The notes beneath the pieces are model-generated. The model did no database searches, had not been told where the DNA came from, and saw nothing but the letters and a program-made list of their open reading frames with translations. A stretch of 63,823 nt of DNA, the filler included, from Rhabdomonas costata (lineage: Eukaryota): the NCBI GenBank assembly GCA_019059605.1. It is 41 parts of 41 records of this genome, joined end to end, with 100 filler letters (N's around TTAATTAATTAA, not from the genome) between each part and the next. Parts side by side here need not be neighbours in the genome. Positions count along the whole stretch, not along the records: positions 35,874 to 37,329 come from JAHMHO010015398.1; positions 37,430 to 38,888 come from JAHMHO010015399.1; positions 38,989 to 40,447 come from JAHMHO010015400.1; positions 40,548 to 42,003 come from JAHMHO010015401.1; positions 42,104 to 43,562 come from JAHMHO010015402.1; positions 43,663 to 45,121 come from JAHMHO010015403.1; positions 45,222 to 46,680 come from JAHMHO010015404.1; positions 46,781 to 48,239 come from JAHMHO010015405.1; 33 more parts are not named here. One strand, given 5' to 3'. The translations under genes and the position numbers were made by a program. Below are positions 36,141-49,274 of this stretch, one piece after another (the stretch's first letter is position 1; each line of letters begins with the position of its first letter).

Positions 36141-37819
36141 CTAAGAAACAACACACAAGACATAAAGTGTGTAAGATCGAGGGGTGCAAAGGAGTTAAAA
36201 TGCGGGAGTAGAAACCTTGGCGCCGCTTTTCGAGAGCTTTCTGCTTGTGCTCTGCGATGACTTGCTCCCTTCGCGAAGAGTACTCCTGAGGAAGCAGGTT
36301 TCAAGGAAAGCCAGTGGTGATGATGAACACGTCACTTGAAGTAGACAAAACCGACAACGCTTTCACATGAGTAGAATGCTGACATAGGCGCAGCCAAAGT
36401 TTAGCTGTTTCAGAGGGGGCAAGCTCCCATTCCCACCACACCCTGCTTGCCCGCGTAGAGCAAAAAAGCTCCCACCTCAAGAAACTTCTGCTGGAAGGCG
36501 ATCACCTCCTTTCCATCACGGCACTTGGAGTACCCTTGGAGAAGCTCGCTGAAAGGCACCGAACCAGAAGCTTGTTTCATTGACTGAAGCCCACTGAGGA
36601 GCTAAAACAAAAAGCTGAAGCTGCCTGTGTCGAGACGTATCAGGGTGGTGACTGCGTGGTGAAGCAACGGTCAAGCCGAGTCTGTTGAGTTCAGACACTA
36701 AAACGCACAAAATCGAACTAATTTAAAATTTTGCGAAACAGCGAGTAAGCGATGCGTCAATTCAGGGTACGGAAGGGATGAAGAAATGTGGTGGATTCAA
36801 AGAACTAGAGTGGTACTCAGATTACCCTGAACAACAGATGACATCCGTATACATAACTTTCACGCAAACAAGCCCGGCAGTGCGCACACACACAGGACAC
36901 AATGAGTCACAGTGACACCGGATACAACGTGGAGTGCTACATAAGGCTAGTAACACCCCGAAACTGAGAATTTAGTATGTGAAATTTCGAACAAGACCTT
37001 TTTAGCTTTTATATTTATGCCGGTGGTCCTTCGCGGCATTCTGTGGTGTGCCGTGGTTAAAAACTCTCAGTTTACGGTGTAGCCTGGTATACCTGTTCAG
37101 AGTCCAAAATCCTGGGCCCCACCGAAAGCGCTCCAGAAGGTCCATCGCAGGATCCTGAAACCCTGATGCACCCAAGACTCACCACCACCACACACTTGTC
37201 CTCCGAAGTAATGGCAATTGAAAGCTCGTGGAAACTGTGGCCCGGCACCACCTCAGCGTACGAGGTGACAAACTAGAAGGTCAAAAACAGCAAGCACACC
37301 CGTTTTAACGTTCAAGTCCAAAAACCCCCNNNNNNNNNNNNNNNNNNNNNNNNNNNNNNNNNNNNNNNNNNNNTTAATTAATTAANNNNNNNNNNNNNNN
37401 NNNNNNNNNNNNNNNNNNNNNNNNNNNNNGGCCAAGGACATCGAAAGGGTTTCTCAATCCACTCCCTCCGCTGCAAGCTTTCCTTTCAGTTTTCGCAGGT
37501 TGCATAACGTCTCTCTCTGGTGGTGATGGTGGAAATGAGACAGAAGGGACAGATTTAGGATGTTAGATTGAAAACATCAAAAGAAAAAAGCACGCCAGGA
37601 AGGTCTCGGTTTGCAACCCGACATTGGAGAGTTCGTCGGATCCGCTCAGCGAAACGAGCTGTCATGGCGAGATTTGAACTTACGTGCATCTTCATATTCT
37701 TGAGCGCATTTTTCAGTCTCTTTGCTTATGTCACAGAGCTTACAGTAACTGTGCGTCAGAGTTTCGCCCCTTTTCGACCGTTTGCGCACATGACTCGCCC
37801 TGCTTCCATTTCCTCACAG

Positions 37820-38350
37820 GTGGAGCGCATCTACCATCGCTACATCGAAGTGGTCCACGAGCACGTCACCGCGCACCGCGGGTTGGTGGACAACGTTCTG
37901 GGGGACCGCGTGCTAGCCCTCTTCAACGTCCCACGGCGGTGCACCCGAGCCGAGTACCGGGCCGTGATTTGCGCCCTGGAGGTGCTGGGGCTATGGGGCA
38001 CGGCCCGGCTGATACCACTGAACACACCCTCGCCAGAGCCACGCACCTCCCGTGCGGATAGTGTGCCTCAGCGCGGTCTGGTGTATGGGGTGGCGACCCC
38101 TCCGATCTCGCCGCGATCCATGGCGAGCAAGGCGATACACGGGGTCAGCGCCAGCAGCACCAGTGCTGCCCCCGTAGGACTGCGAGTGGGCATCGCGAGC
38201 TCCCTGGTGACCTTCGGCAACCTGGGCAGCGATGTGGTGAAGAGGTTTGTGGTGGTAGGGGAGGCTGTGGGGCAGGCCGTGGCGCTGCAGAAGGTGGGGT
38301 GCAAGGCCCTGGGGGTGCCCGTGCTTGTCACCGAGGCTATCGCGAAGCAG
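37820..38350 (+). CDS. Class III nucleotide (adenylate/guanylate) cyclase domain exon, catalytically degenerate
   Basis: HRGLVDNVLGDRVLALFNVP, AVICALEV, LRVGIASSLVTFGNLGS...FVVVGEAV, LGVPVLVTE. CAG and GT boundaries, 177 codons. Confidence 0.92.
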
Positions 38351-38988
38351 GTAGGGGGGCCCCTCTTTCCATGAAACCCTTCTTTGTATTTGCTTTGTAC
38401 GCGGTGCTTTTTCGTGAGGCAATTGCGAGGCAGGGTAGCGGACCGACTTCTTTATGTCACTTGAGAAGTGAATGTTCTCAGTCATTCCTGAGTTGGAACG
38501 AAACCTCCTGGGCGTCTTGCCTGGTGTTTTGTTTGTTGAGCCTAAGACTTTAGGGTAGGCAGTTTAGGTAGCCCTTTAGGGTCGACACGCCATCCACAGA
38601 ATGCTCCAACATTCTTTGAATCCGGGATCACTGGATTTCCCGAATCAGCTTATGGGGTGTTTTCTTAGCAACAAATCATCCTAATGGGATGCCATTGTGA
38701 TCATAGTTTGATGATTCCTTTAGTGGTTTTCTTTAGAGTAAACGCACATTATTATTAGTTGTAGTGATGCAGGTCAGTGCTCATCAAGTGACACGTGCTT
38801 TGGTGAAGGTGGAGGCTCGACATGTGCAGGTTACTCAACATTCCCCAAATGCCGTTTTGGTTGACCATCAGATTTACGCCCCACCACANNNNNNNNNNNN
38901 NNNNNNNNNNNNNNNNNNNNNNNNNNNNNNNNTTAATTAATTAANNNNNNNNNNNNNNNNNNNNNNNNNNNNNNNNNNNNNNNNNNNN

Positions 38989-40342
38989 GGTTGTTGGTCA
39001 CTGGCCCTGCGGGGACGCCCGGCGGATCCACTCCCACGGCCCCTGAAACCCCGACCCGCACCTCGGTGCCTCCGCTGCTGCTGAAGCTCAGCCCCAGGGA
39101 GGGCCCAAACGGCCGCCCCTCTCCGAACTCCTCCGGGGCTGCCGCAGGAGTAACCACCGGAACCGTAGGTGAGTGTGTGCGCGCGTGTGTGGCCTCTATC
39201 GTGTCGGCCGCGCAGTACTGCGTGCCCTTGCCGGAGAAATGGTTCGCCCATCACCATGTCCTTTCTTTTCGTTGCTTTCTCTGACCGCTGTGCACAACCC
39301 AGCGGATATGTGTGTGCAGGTTGCGTTTTGAGGTGGCTGTGTTTTTGTCTCCGTCAGTCTTGATCATCTGTGTGGCGACGAGCGTTGGGGGTGGCGCCTC
39401 GGTTTGCGGGTTCCTAATGGTCAGATGCAGGTGACCTGAGGAGCCCTGGCAATAGAAGAAGAGTTGACGAAAGTCCACTTGGAGATAGAGCCGTGGTGTT
39501 ATGCGCCATTGAGGTTTCCCCTTGGAGCTGAGGAGTGATTCACACCCCGGGTAATGGGTGGGTGGTGGGTGGTTTCTCGACATTGAGCAGTGTGGACCGC
39601 TCCTCAGTTTGGAGGCTTTCTTCCAGTGCATTTCTTGAGGAGATCGGAGGGGGGTCGGGGATGGAGTTCGACACGACCTTCTCTCTTCCATCAAAATTTC
39701 GCGCTAGCTTTTCCCACTACTAGTTCTCGTAGAGCATATCAACGCCCAACGTTGTTTGTTTGCATGCGCTTGTTGGCCCTTATTTTCGGCCCCTCGAAGG
39801 AACAGCACCATCGCACAGCTGCGCACTGGACTGTCCCACAGCAGTAACTCTACTTCCAGACGCGCCGGGGTCCTGGTACTTCTTAGGTGAAGTTCATGCC
39901 ACTGGAGATGCATTTCCACTTGAGTGTGATTCTCTCTGTCCCCAAGTGGGCCATAAGTGGACATCGATCGTTTTTTCTGACTGGTCGATGGTCACGTTGC
40001 AAGCCATGCCTGGTCTGCGCACAGCCGTACTCCGAAAATTGATTGCCTTCCGTGAAGAGATTTCTAGCGGACTTTATACAGCGCCACCATCCGCTTTCTC
40101 GGTCCTGATGACGTAATAAGAACAAGAGCTGAGCAAAACAAAAAAATACATGCGTGTGAACTATTGGAAGTGTCCCGAAGAGCAGATGGAAGGGGGAATG
40201 GGACTGTATTTGCAGAGGCCTCGCGGTCGCCTCGGCTGGCGCCGATCTCGGCCCGGTCGCCCTCCGCGGCGGCGCTGCGACAGCACCGCGAGAAGGTCAT
40301 GAGCGAGGAGAACGCCTCGCTGGCCGTGGATGAGCTCCTGCG
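38989..40342 (+). CDS. Two exons (38989-39168, 40216-40342) of a Pro/Ser-rich unknown protein
   Basis: The GTGAGT donor at 39169 and TGCAG acceptor join in phase 1 (…GTV E ASRSPRLAPISARSP…EENASLAVDELL). The second donor is probably GCGAGT. Confidence 0.55.
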
Positions 40343-42103
40343 GCGAGTGGCATGCTTTGCTTGTCCAGAGGACGGAGAGGGGTTCTGGTTGACCACCAAT
40401 AATTAATAGCATTGTTCCCAGCTGAGCTGAGGCATGGACAACCCGCTNNNNNNNNNNNNNNNNNNNNNNNNNNNNNNNNNNNNNNNNNNNNTTAATTAAT
40501 TAANNNNNNNNNNNNNNNNNNNNNNNNNNNNNNNNNNNNNNNNNNNNGGGGGTTGGTTTGAGGAATGCATTCCAGAGATGGGTGTGGCGAAAGCTGCTTG
40601 GCTGGCAAGCACTCTGCCGCCAATTGTACGCCTGAGACTGTGATGTGTGCCGGCCTGGGTGGCGGTGGGGGAGAGGGGTGATGTAATCATCACACGTAGT
40701 AAGTGCCAAGGTAGCAGAGTGAGTAGCAGACACGCAACTCTGTACGGGAAGAGGCCATGCCTACTTCATGGCAGGGGTCGAACCGAACGACGATTGGTGG
40801 CTTTCGGATGCAATTGGGCTGGCGCCACTGGCTGATCTTGTTTGCTGCATGAAGTGAGAAAATGATCTGTTGTCCCTGCTGCTGATTTGGAATGGAATGT
40901 GCACGTCTTTGGCCTTTCCAGACCTTGTTGGCCTGGTTTCAGCTGTGTACTGCCCATACGACGAGGCGTTGGGCGCATTTGCATTGCTCTGGAGAGGAGT
41001 TGCCGGAGGGAACATGTCATTGGGGCGAAATGCGAAATCAATTGTGCAGTTAGCGCCTTGGCGGGTAAATATTAACGCCGGGTTGGCCCGTTTGCGCGGC
41101 ATGCCAGAGTGATACTTGCAGTGCGTCACAGTAAAATGCCACACACACACACGTGGTAACTTACAAATTGTAGGGCATTGCCAAAAAAAAAATTGAAGGT
41201 TTTCGCCTCCCACTCCGATCCAGGTACATTTACCATATGCAACCCAACGTCACCATATACCACAAGACGCCCCCCCATTTTACCAGCATGCTCAATCACT
41301 CTCAACGATCCATCTTTTGGCACTAACTGACTGTCCTTGCTTCGCTTCCTCTTTTGGGCGCACCATCTCTCAGAAACGAGATGTTAGATCAGCCAAAGCT
41401 CTACCCCCCCCCTCTCAATCAGCAATAGATGCCCTGGCAGCGAAGCACGGCGGGAATTCTCTTGGACCTAACGCCATGGGCTGACCCACCTCTCAGCTCC
41501 CCAGAAATGTTCCGGCGCCCCTCACTTTCAGCTCGGGCCAGAGAAACAAATCCCACGGAACTTGGGCCGCAGGGGAACTGCGCGGAGCTGGTGGTGCCAC
41601 GGCAGCTACCGGTCATCCCACGAAAAAAAAGCATAACGAAGAAGGGGGTACGGGGCGGGAGAAGCATACATTCGAAGCATGAGCAGCTGACGCTCTGTTG
41701 CAGTGAATCGAGAAAGATACGGGCACAGGAGCAGGGGTTGCGAGGGGATACGATACTGAGGTTGTGCCAAATACCGCGTCCACGAAAAGGTAGCTATCCA
41801 CCTACAAGGCCAAGACAAAAAAGCCAAAGATGGGGTTGTGGTGGGGATGGGGGCGGAGATGGGAATGGGAAAAGGACGACAGGATAGAAAGAGATCGTCA
41901 ATTGGTGGTAAAGGTGGTGGTGGTGGTTGCGGGCGGGACATGTCCGGATATGTCCCTTGCCGGCCCCACGGCAGAAAGGGACTGTTCTCCCCTTTGTTCT
42001 GCTNNNNNNNNNNNNNNNNNNNNNNNNNNNNNNNNNNNNNNNNNNNNTTAATTAATTAANNNNNNNNNNNNNNNNNNNNNNNNNNNNNNNNNNNNNNNNN
42101 NNN

Positions 42104-43562
42104 TTCTCCACGTCGGATTCCCAGCACAAGACCTCCCCGTACTCTCTGTTGGATAGACTGTGTGAGAGCATACTTGCGCTAACTCCATATACCGCGGAAG
42201 GTCGAATTCCAACCGACCTTATCCTCTCCCCGGGGGGCATGGGGAAAACGAGCACCGGGTTACTCTTACAGCACAAGTTTCTGGATGCCAGACATGGAAT
42301 CTTTGTCATCTTCATCTCCTTGCCTCTGATGGGCAAGACGTTGTCAGCTCCAGAGGGCAAAGGCCTGTCGGCCTTCCTGGAGACCACGTTGGGCCTGATC
42401 AAGCCTGACTTTGTCACGGCACCAGAGAAGAGTGTCGTGGCGGTACTAGATTCCTATGATGAGGTTCTTCCCTCTGTACGGGAGGCCGTGGAGCAAGCCG
42501 GGGGCCTGGTGAGCCTACTCTGCAGTGCTGTAGGGGAGCATGCCCTCCGAAGGGTGGTGGTCACCTCCCGGCCAGAGGCGACTTTGTCTAATGCAACGCA
42601 GATGCTGGGGAGAAAGGCGGAGGTGTTCGAGCACTGGGTGAAGCCCTTTACATTGGGGGACTTTGAGAAACTGGCAGAAGCGATGTTCTCACGCTCGCTC
42701 TTTGAAGCCATGATTGAGCCGAAGGAGGACAAGACGGAGAAGTTGAAACCTCGGTTCCAGATGGAGGGTGCGAAGATGATTGCCGTGGGGCAGGCTGCCC
42801 CTTGTGAGGCAACCTGTGAGGAGGTGGTGCGGGCGATGCGAGACGCTCGCCAGGAAGTTGTCAGAGATTATAACTCAGCAGCAAGAGAGAGCGCCATGAA
42901 AGAGGGTCATCAGAAATGCGAGGAGTTGATGATGCTTGTGCGGGCAAGCCCCGAGCTGCAAACGCTGATTGCGACTCCTGTGCTGGCGGCGATGCTGTGC
43001 AGAGATGATACAGACCGAGCACTGCTGGAGGAACTTGCGAAGCCGCGCGTCCAGCCCCTAACCCGCGGGGAGATTTACCGTCTGTTGCTGATTGTGAGCC
43101 CAGTGAGGCACAATCCTGAGGGGGCTGCGGTTCTGGTGCAAGCGTTGCAGGACCTTGCGCTGGAATTGTGCTCCCAGCAGACAGCATACGTGCCGATGCG
43201 AGCGGTGCGAAGGATCTTCGTGCTTCGGCTTCGTCTAAGCAGTTCCCCGTCATATTCACGCGAGACAGAAAGGGAAATGGTGGGCTCAATGCAAAGGGGG
43301 GAGGATGTGGAGGAAACTCTTCTTGAGAGGCAAGCTGTGGATGCCATGCTTCGGGAGACAATGATGCTTCGAGTTGGTCGGCTTCGTGAACTGGATGCCC
43401 CAGTGAGCTTCAGCCATCTCTGCCTGCAGGAGTTCTTTGCGGCGCATGCGCTGCTTCAGAACCCATCACTGCTTACCCAGGAGCCCTGTTGTGTCGGCCT
43501 GGAGCTGGCCAACCAACAGGCCGTGTGTGCCTTTGTGCAGGAGTTGCTTGTGCACACACACC
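42104..43562 (+). CDS. NACHT/STAND P-loop NTPase (NLR-like), intronless and open at both contig ends
   Basis: One frame spans the entire contig: Walker A SPGGMGKTS, Walker B VAVLDSYDEV, sensor-1 VVVTSRPE, VKPFT, HD1 TPVLAAML and TRGEIY, LQDLALEL, winged-helix FSHLCLQEFFAAHAL. Confidence 0.93.
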
Positions 43563-43699
43563 NNNNNNNNNNNNNNNNNNNNNNNNNNNNNNNNNNNNNN
43601 NNNNNNTTAATTAATTAANNNNNNNNNNNNNNNNNNNNNNNNNNNNNNNNNNNNNNNNNNNNGTTGGTGTGGCAGGTGGGTAGGACGTGAGGAGCAACC

Positions 43700-45073
43700 C
43701 TCAGGATGCTCCTCGGGGTGACCGTCGTTGCACGCGGTGTCCTCGGAGGTGTGGTAGTACCTCTTGTCCAGGAGGGTGCCCCCGCGCTTTATGATTCGGG
43801 TCATTGGACTCTCCGGGACTCTGCTCTTCACGACCTGGTTAAAGGAATCCCTCTTGGCTTGGCTGAGGTTGAGCTGAGAGAAAGAAGGGCGAAGGGCAAT
43901 GGCTAATTTGCGGCAGAGCAACCTCGAGCTCTGGGGGATCAACAAAGAGTGGGGCAAGTGCCCCCCTCCACTCGTGGTCCCCAGAGGGGTCGCCAGAGGC
44001 TCCCGTGCTGCTCACCGTACGGTATCTATCAGCCGAAGAGGACCATCTCTCAGCCTAGCGGAAGGGGTATTATCATCAAATCAAGGACCCGGCTCCCAGC
44101 GCGACCCCGACATCGCCATTACTTTTCATCAATTCCACACTGGATATCGATTCCCAGTGGCAGAGGTTTCAGGGCCTTCCACTGTTCACTTCAGCAGCTG
44201 AGACTGGGGAGTGGGGACTTCTCCACCAAAGGGTACAAAAGAGAAGAAGCGAGTCCGCCGCCGCCCATGCATGCATGCATGCATCAACCCACCCACCCAT
44301 CATCGTTTGGGCAAGAGATCGAAGGACAAGCCACGCGAACCGCTGGACAGAGAGTCCGTGTGCAGTACGTGTCTGGCATACATTGAGATACATAAAGGTG
44401 TGGGATCAGCTGGGCTGAAGGAGGGACACACACCGGGCTGGCCGCGGGCGACTCCAGCGTGTCCCCGGGCACCCGGAACCCCTCCTCGGTCAGCTTACGG
44501 CTACGCGGCGAGGGCAGCAGCTGTTCAGAAAATAGATAGAGGTTTGGGCAGCCAGCCGGAAAGTCAGGGAAAGACATACATACCCAGGTACGCCAGAAAA
44601 CACAGATGAGAATGAGACTTATATGGCAAGGGGCACACTCCTGCTCCAACCCCCCCATTTCCTCAAACGCTTGAACACTATCTTCGCGTAGCCTCAAGTC
44701 GACGGGGGACGGGAAGGGGGGAGGCGAAAGAGAAGCGCAGGCCTCGGTGCTGAAGGTGCGGGAGAGCGAGTGGGAGAGCGAGGCGTGGTCGGAGTGGTCT
44801 GTCACGGAGATGTCGCTGGCACCGGTGTGGGGCTCACGCTCCTCCGTCTCTATTCGGTCCATCGCTTGCCTGCGCCACACCACCACCTACCATCGACCAA
44901 CCTAACACCACAGCAGAAAAGCAAAAAATAAGAACAAAGAAGCTAAAGAATCGCCCGGAGCGAGCTTGCCAACGACGGATGGCACTCACCTTTTCAGCGG
45001 AGGTAGAAAGAGCAGAGTCGTTTTCCGCTTGTCCGCTTGTTCGCAATAGGCCTTCGCTTAAACTAATGCTGTC
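43700..45073 (-). CDS. Probable exons (44990-45073, from 44886, from 43873) of an unknown Ser-rich protein
   Basis: Open GC3-rich frames with AG acceptors and a GTGAGT donor at 44989. No recognisable domain. Confidence 0.4.
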
Positions 45074-48000
45074 CTACTCGTCCGCTCATATCCCAGCCAT
45101 TGGCCAGGCCCCACCCACACCNNNNNNNNNNNNNNNNNNNNNNNNNNNNNNNNNNNNNNNNNNNNTTAATTAATTAANNNNNNNNNNNNNNNNNNNNNNN
45201 NNNNNNNNNNNNNNNNNNNNNGTGGGTTTTTTTAGCAGTTCATGGTCGTTTTTGGCAAATTGGACTCTTTTTCGGGCCCTCCTGGAGACTTCACAAGCGA
45301 ACAAGGGAAGGTCACGGTGTAAGAAGAAATTTCAGTTGGAGGACTGTGCCTTAGGATCTCAAAGAGTCCTCCTCGGGCAAGGAGTGCCAGAGTTTCGGAA
45401 TTATTTTTCGATGGATGGAGAAAATACTCCGGCTGTCCTTCCCCCCATCAGGACTCCAGCTTCCCCCACCGCCTCCCTGAATCGATTGGTTCGGCTGCTT
45501 GCCGTCGTCAACCACATCGGTGAGCGCGCAGAGCGCCCACATGTTATCTCAGCCCCTCCCCCCACGCTAAGACTTTGGTGGTGAGTGGCGCACGCCCTCC
45601 TGATTTGAGTAGAGAAAATGCAGGGAGTTAGGAGATGATGCCTAGGTTAGCCATGGTGACGGCTCCTGGTTGCGGGTCGTCACCCGTAATCCGAAGTCGG
45701 ATGGGGGAGCCTGATGTGGAGACGGCCCACCCTAGGCCGGCCAATCTCCCAACGCCTGCCCTGACCTGGGGGAAGTCTCCGCTGGTTAGGTTGGCGAACT
45801 GCACGCCCCCAGGGGGTGGATATGCTGGGTAGTCTGGGTGGTTCGAGAGGTTGTGAACCGCCTTGGCTCTCTTACGGTCCCGAGCCCGTACAGTACACGC
45901 CCAGGTTCTGCAAGCGGGGCAGGGCGCTCCTTCCTTGGGGGTAGTCTCTACACGGTTGCAGAGTACACGCCTCCGAAGGCGGTAGTCTGCAAAGGTTCGC
46001 CCGGGCAGTACACGCCTTCTTCCGCATCCGGGCCGCCAAAGTCGCTCATGAAAACCACTAGATAGGGCGCTGTCCTGGGAGCAGGCTCTGGTGGAGTCCC
46101 CCGAAAAACGGGGATAGTGGGCGCCTCAGCCTCGACTGGGCTGAGAGCAGCTCCCTGCTCCGGGGTTGGGGTCACGTCAGGGTGCTGACGTAGCGAGTGC
46201 CGTCCCAGCGGGCTCGTGCAAGTCGGACTCTGGGCCCAAATACCAACCCGGTCGCCTACCTGAACACGGAGCCCCTGATGCCTAGGTTAGAGGGCGAAGT
46301 ACGGGGAGGGGGGAATCTGGCTGAGGCAGAGCCCCCCCTACCTCAGCAACACGCCCACGGGTTAGGGGGCAAGGAGGTTGTGGTTGTGAGGAGTATTCAG
46401 AATGGCCTCTACATCGGGTATCGCCCGAATCGCCCATACGGGTTTAGGCGTTTTCCCCATAGTTTGCCCGTGCGCATCAGATAAGGTGCAAACCGCAACC
46501 AGAAAAAGAACCCCCCCCTCCCGAAGAGATCGGCTGTCCCCACACTTCCCTCTGCTCACTGCTGATTTTTGCTGGTTTTTACATGGAGTTTTATCACTTC
46601 AATTCCGTGCACAATGGTCAAGCAGGGTAATTCCCTTGAGGGTTTACAAACAGCTGGGGTGCGACATTGGTTCTCTTTCANNNNNNNNNNNNNNNNNNNN
46701 NNNNNNNNNNNNNNNNNNNNNNNNTTAATTAATTAANNNNNNNNNNNNNNNNNNNNNNNNNNNNNNNNNNNNNNNNNNNNGGGTTGGTGGGGCAAGCGAA
46801 TATCAAAGATCAGGCACGGGTTTATCACCACCCGCTGAAGGGGCCACATATTTTATGATCACAATGGTCATACCGTTGAAATGGTGGGCCCCTACGATAT
46901 ATAGGGCCCCTTGCCCTTCTCCCGCCTTCGGGTAGGCAAGTGCAGGAAAGACCCCTGAAACCCGAGGAAGAGCTCGCGGAGAAGGCAGTTGCTGCACCTT
47001 TCATTGAACCGTGCCCCACCCTGCCGATTGCAATGTCGCGACCAAGATGCCCAAGTGCCTTCATTTTGCAAGGGTACAAAGGGGGCCTCCGATCAGCTAC
47101 CTCGAAGTTAAGTAAAAGAAGAAACAGAAAAGAAAGAGGAAGTGAATGAATAAAAATAGTTCCGTCCCTGCATGCAATGGAAAACAACAAAGAAACCCCC
47201 AAAAATTGCGCTTTGTGAAATGTGTGTCTTCACTATCTGCATTTCACCTCAAAGTTGAGAATTAGGAATCTGTTCAAAAAAGTCAGCATTCAGACGGCAC
47301 GGGGTTGCACAGCAATGTGCGTGTTGGGAGCGGTTACCAAACTGCAGAATAACACACAGTTACAGGTTTTGCTTGCTTTCTTGCTTGTTTGGGAGGTAAC
47401 AGGCTAGCTCTCCCCAAGGTTTCAGGCGATTTCCGATTTTCATTCAGCGGCCCCAGGATCCTAGAGGTCTAATTCAGCGCGTGGGATTTCCATGCATCTA
47501 AAATTAAGCTTTCTTTTGCCACCTCGAAACCTATCTGCCAGTCGACGCACTGCTGCAAAGGTTGGCGGATGAACGCTGGACGCCCTAATATGCGAAACCC
47601 CCACTCTGGAAGATAATACACAGGGAAAGCATGTGCGCACTTCCACATTTTAGGTGATCGGAAACTCTTCCTTTTGAAATGAAACACGCCAGATCACCGT
47701 CAACGGGGGGTGGTTGTCAAGGGGGGTTGTCACCTCCCTACTGACCCGCAAGCGCCTCACCCGTCGACCCCGGAGGGTGAACACCAATGTCTGTTGAGAC
47801 TATGGGAGGCATGTAAAGCACATACAAAAGGTAATGTCGCAAAGCCAGGGGCTCACCATCTTATCCACCAAAACCACTGCTTGAGGCATCGATGTAGAAA
47901 ATAAAAGTGGATTCTTCGTTTGAAGGAACCACTTAACGAGCTTTTGGGTTCGAACGGCAGCGTTGTGGATGCCACAAGTCCCAAAGAGGACTGGAGAGAT

Positions 48001-49215
48001 CCATTGGCGCTTGCTCTCCAAATTTTTACACACTTCTGATAACAGAAGCACACGAGCCAATTCGATATTCCCGTCATAAGCCCCCAAAAAGGGCCAGACA
48101 ACAGGGAGCGCTTACCCACACAAGAAATGAGCCTCTCAGCAATTGGGTCAATTCGTCTGTGGGTAAAATGATGCAGCCAGGTGCAGTTGGCAGTGCAATT
48201 GGCCCCAGAGAGGAAGCCCTGTACAAACCGGACACACATNNNNNNNNNNNNNNNNNNNNNNNNNNNNNNNNNNNNNNNNNNNNTTAATTAATTAANNNNN
48301 NNNNNNNNNNNNNNNNNNNNNNNNNNNNNNNNNNNNNNNGTGGGTTGGGGTTCTTCCGTCGCCTTCCTGCGGCGTACACCTTCCGCAGCCTCCCACATGG
48401 TACCCCTATGCTGAAGCATGTCGAAAGGTTCCATCTGGCCTCCGCAATTGCCTCTGCTGGAACCTCACCATGTAAGTGCGACGCCGGCTCCCGACATGCG
48501 ATACTGAAGAAGGAATGGACATGGAAAACACTGCTCCCTTTCTCTGTGGTCATCGTCACATCGTCCCGCTGTTTATGAAAAAAATAACTTTCGATTTTCT
48601 TCGAAAAATATCTTTCGATTATGTATTTCTTTGCTCTGTGTCTGATGCTTGCTGTTTGCTGCATGAACAATAGTCCCTGTGTGAACCACAGTCTCGTCTG
48701 TGTACGATTACGAATCCCAGTCAACAACGGAGAGTACAACCAAGTAGGAATCCATAAGCCGAAACAGTATGGATTCAAACTAAACCGCATTTCTCTGAAT
48801 TGAAGAAAGTAACGGGTCAGAAGAAAGAAAAAAAGAAAGAAAAGTCAAAAAAAATCGGGCAACACAGTCAAAAAGTTGCAAAATCTCATCATGGGACGGC
48901 CCGCGGAACAAAAATCGGTGTGCAATCCAAAACAGACTGTAATTTTACTATACAATTAAAATAAAACCTGATGTAACAGGTGGCTTGAACTCGTCAAGAA
49001 CATTGACCTCTGTGAGGAAAGCACCTTGAGACATGCGCGTAGGACAGAAAAAAATACGCTGTTAACAAATATCAAAAATATTTGTCAGTGAAACAATTGT
49101 GACGCAAGGTAGAACCAGCTACATAGTTCATTGGTCCATAGAAAGGATTATCGTGCGTTGTTGTGTGAGCTGCGTACTGTAAAGCACAGAAGGCAGTCTT
49201 GCTATGAATGGGAAT

Positions 49216-49274
49216 AGCAGACCAGCGGCTTGGCTCATCAGGTACAGCAGACCAGCGGCTTGGCTCATTCAGGT
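49216..49274. repeat. 30-bp tandem duplication
   Basis: agcagaccagcggcttggctcat(t)caggt occurs twice in tandem. Confidence 0.9.

Noticed and set aside
37044-37120. tRNA or tRNA-SINE-like A box (gtggtgtgccgtggttaa)
   Set aside because: There is no proper B box or cloverleaf. I found no tRNA, rRNA or snRNA anywhere in the window.
45600-46560. Pro-rich decayed ORF with a 15-bp direct repeat (tgatgcctaggttag at about 45636 and 46276)
   Set aside because: It could be a transposon ORF1 or gag relic, but there is no diagnostic motif and the repeat alone does not define an element.
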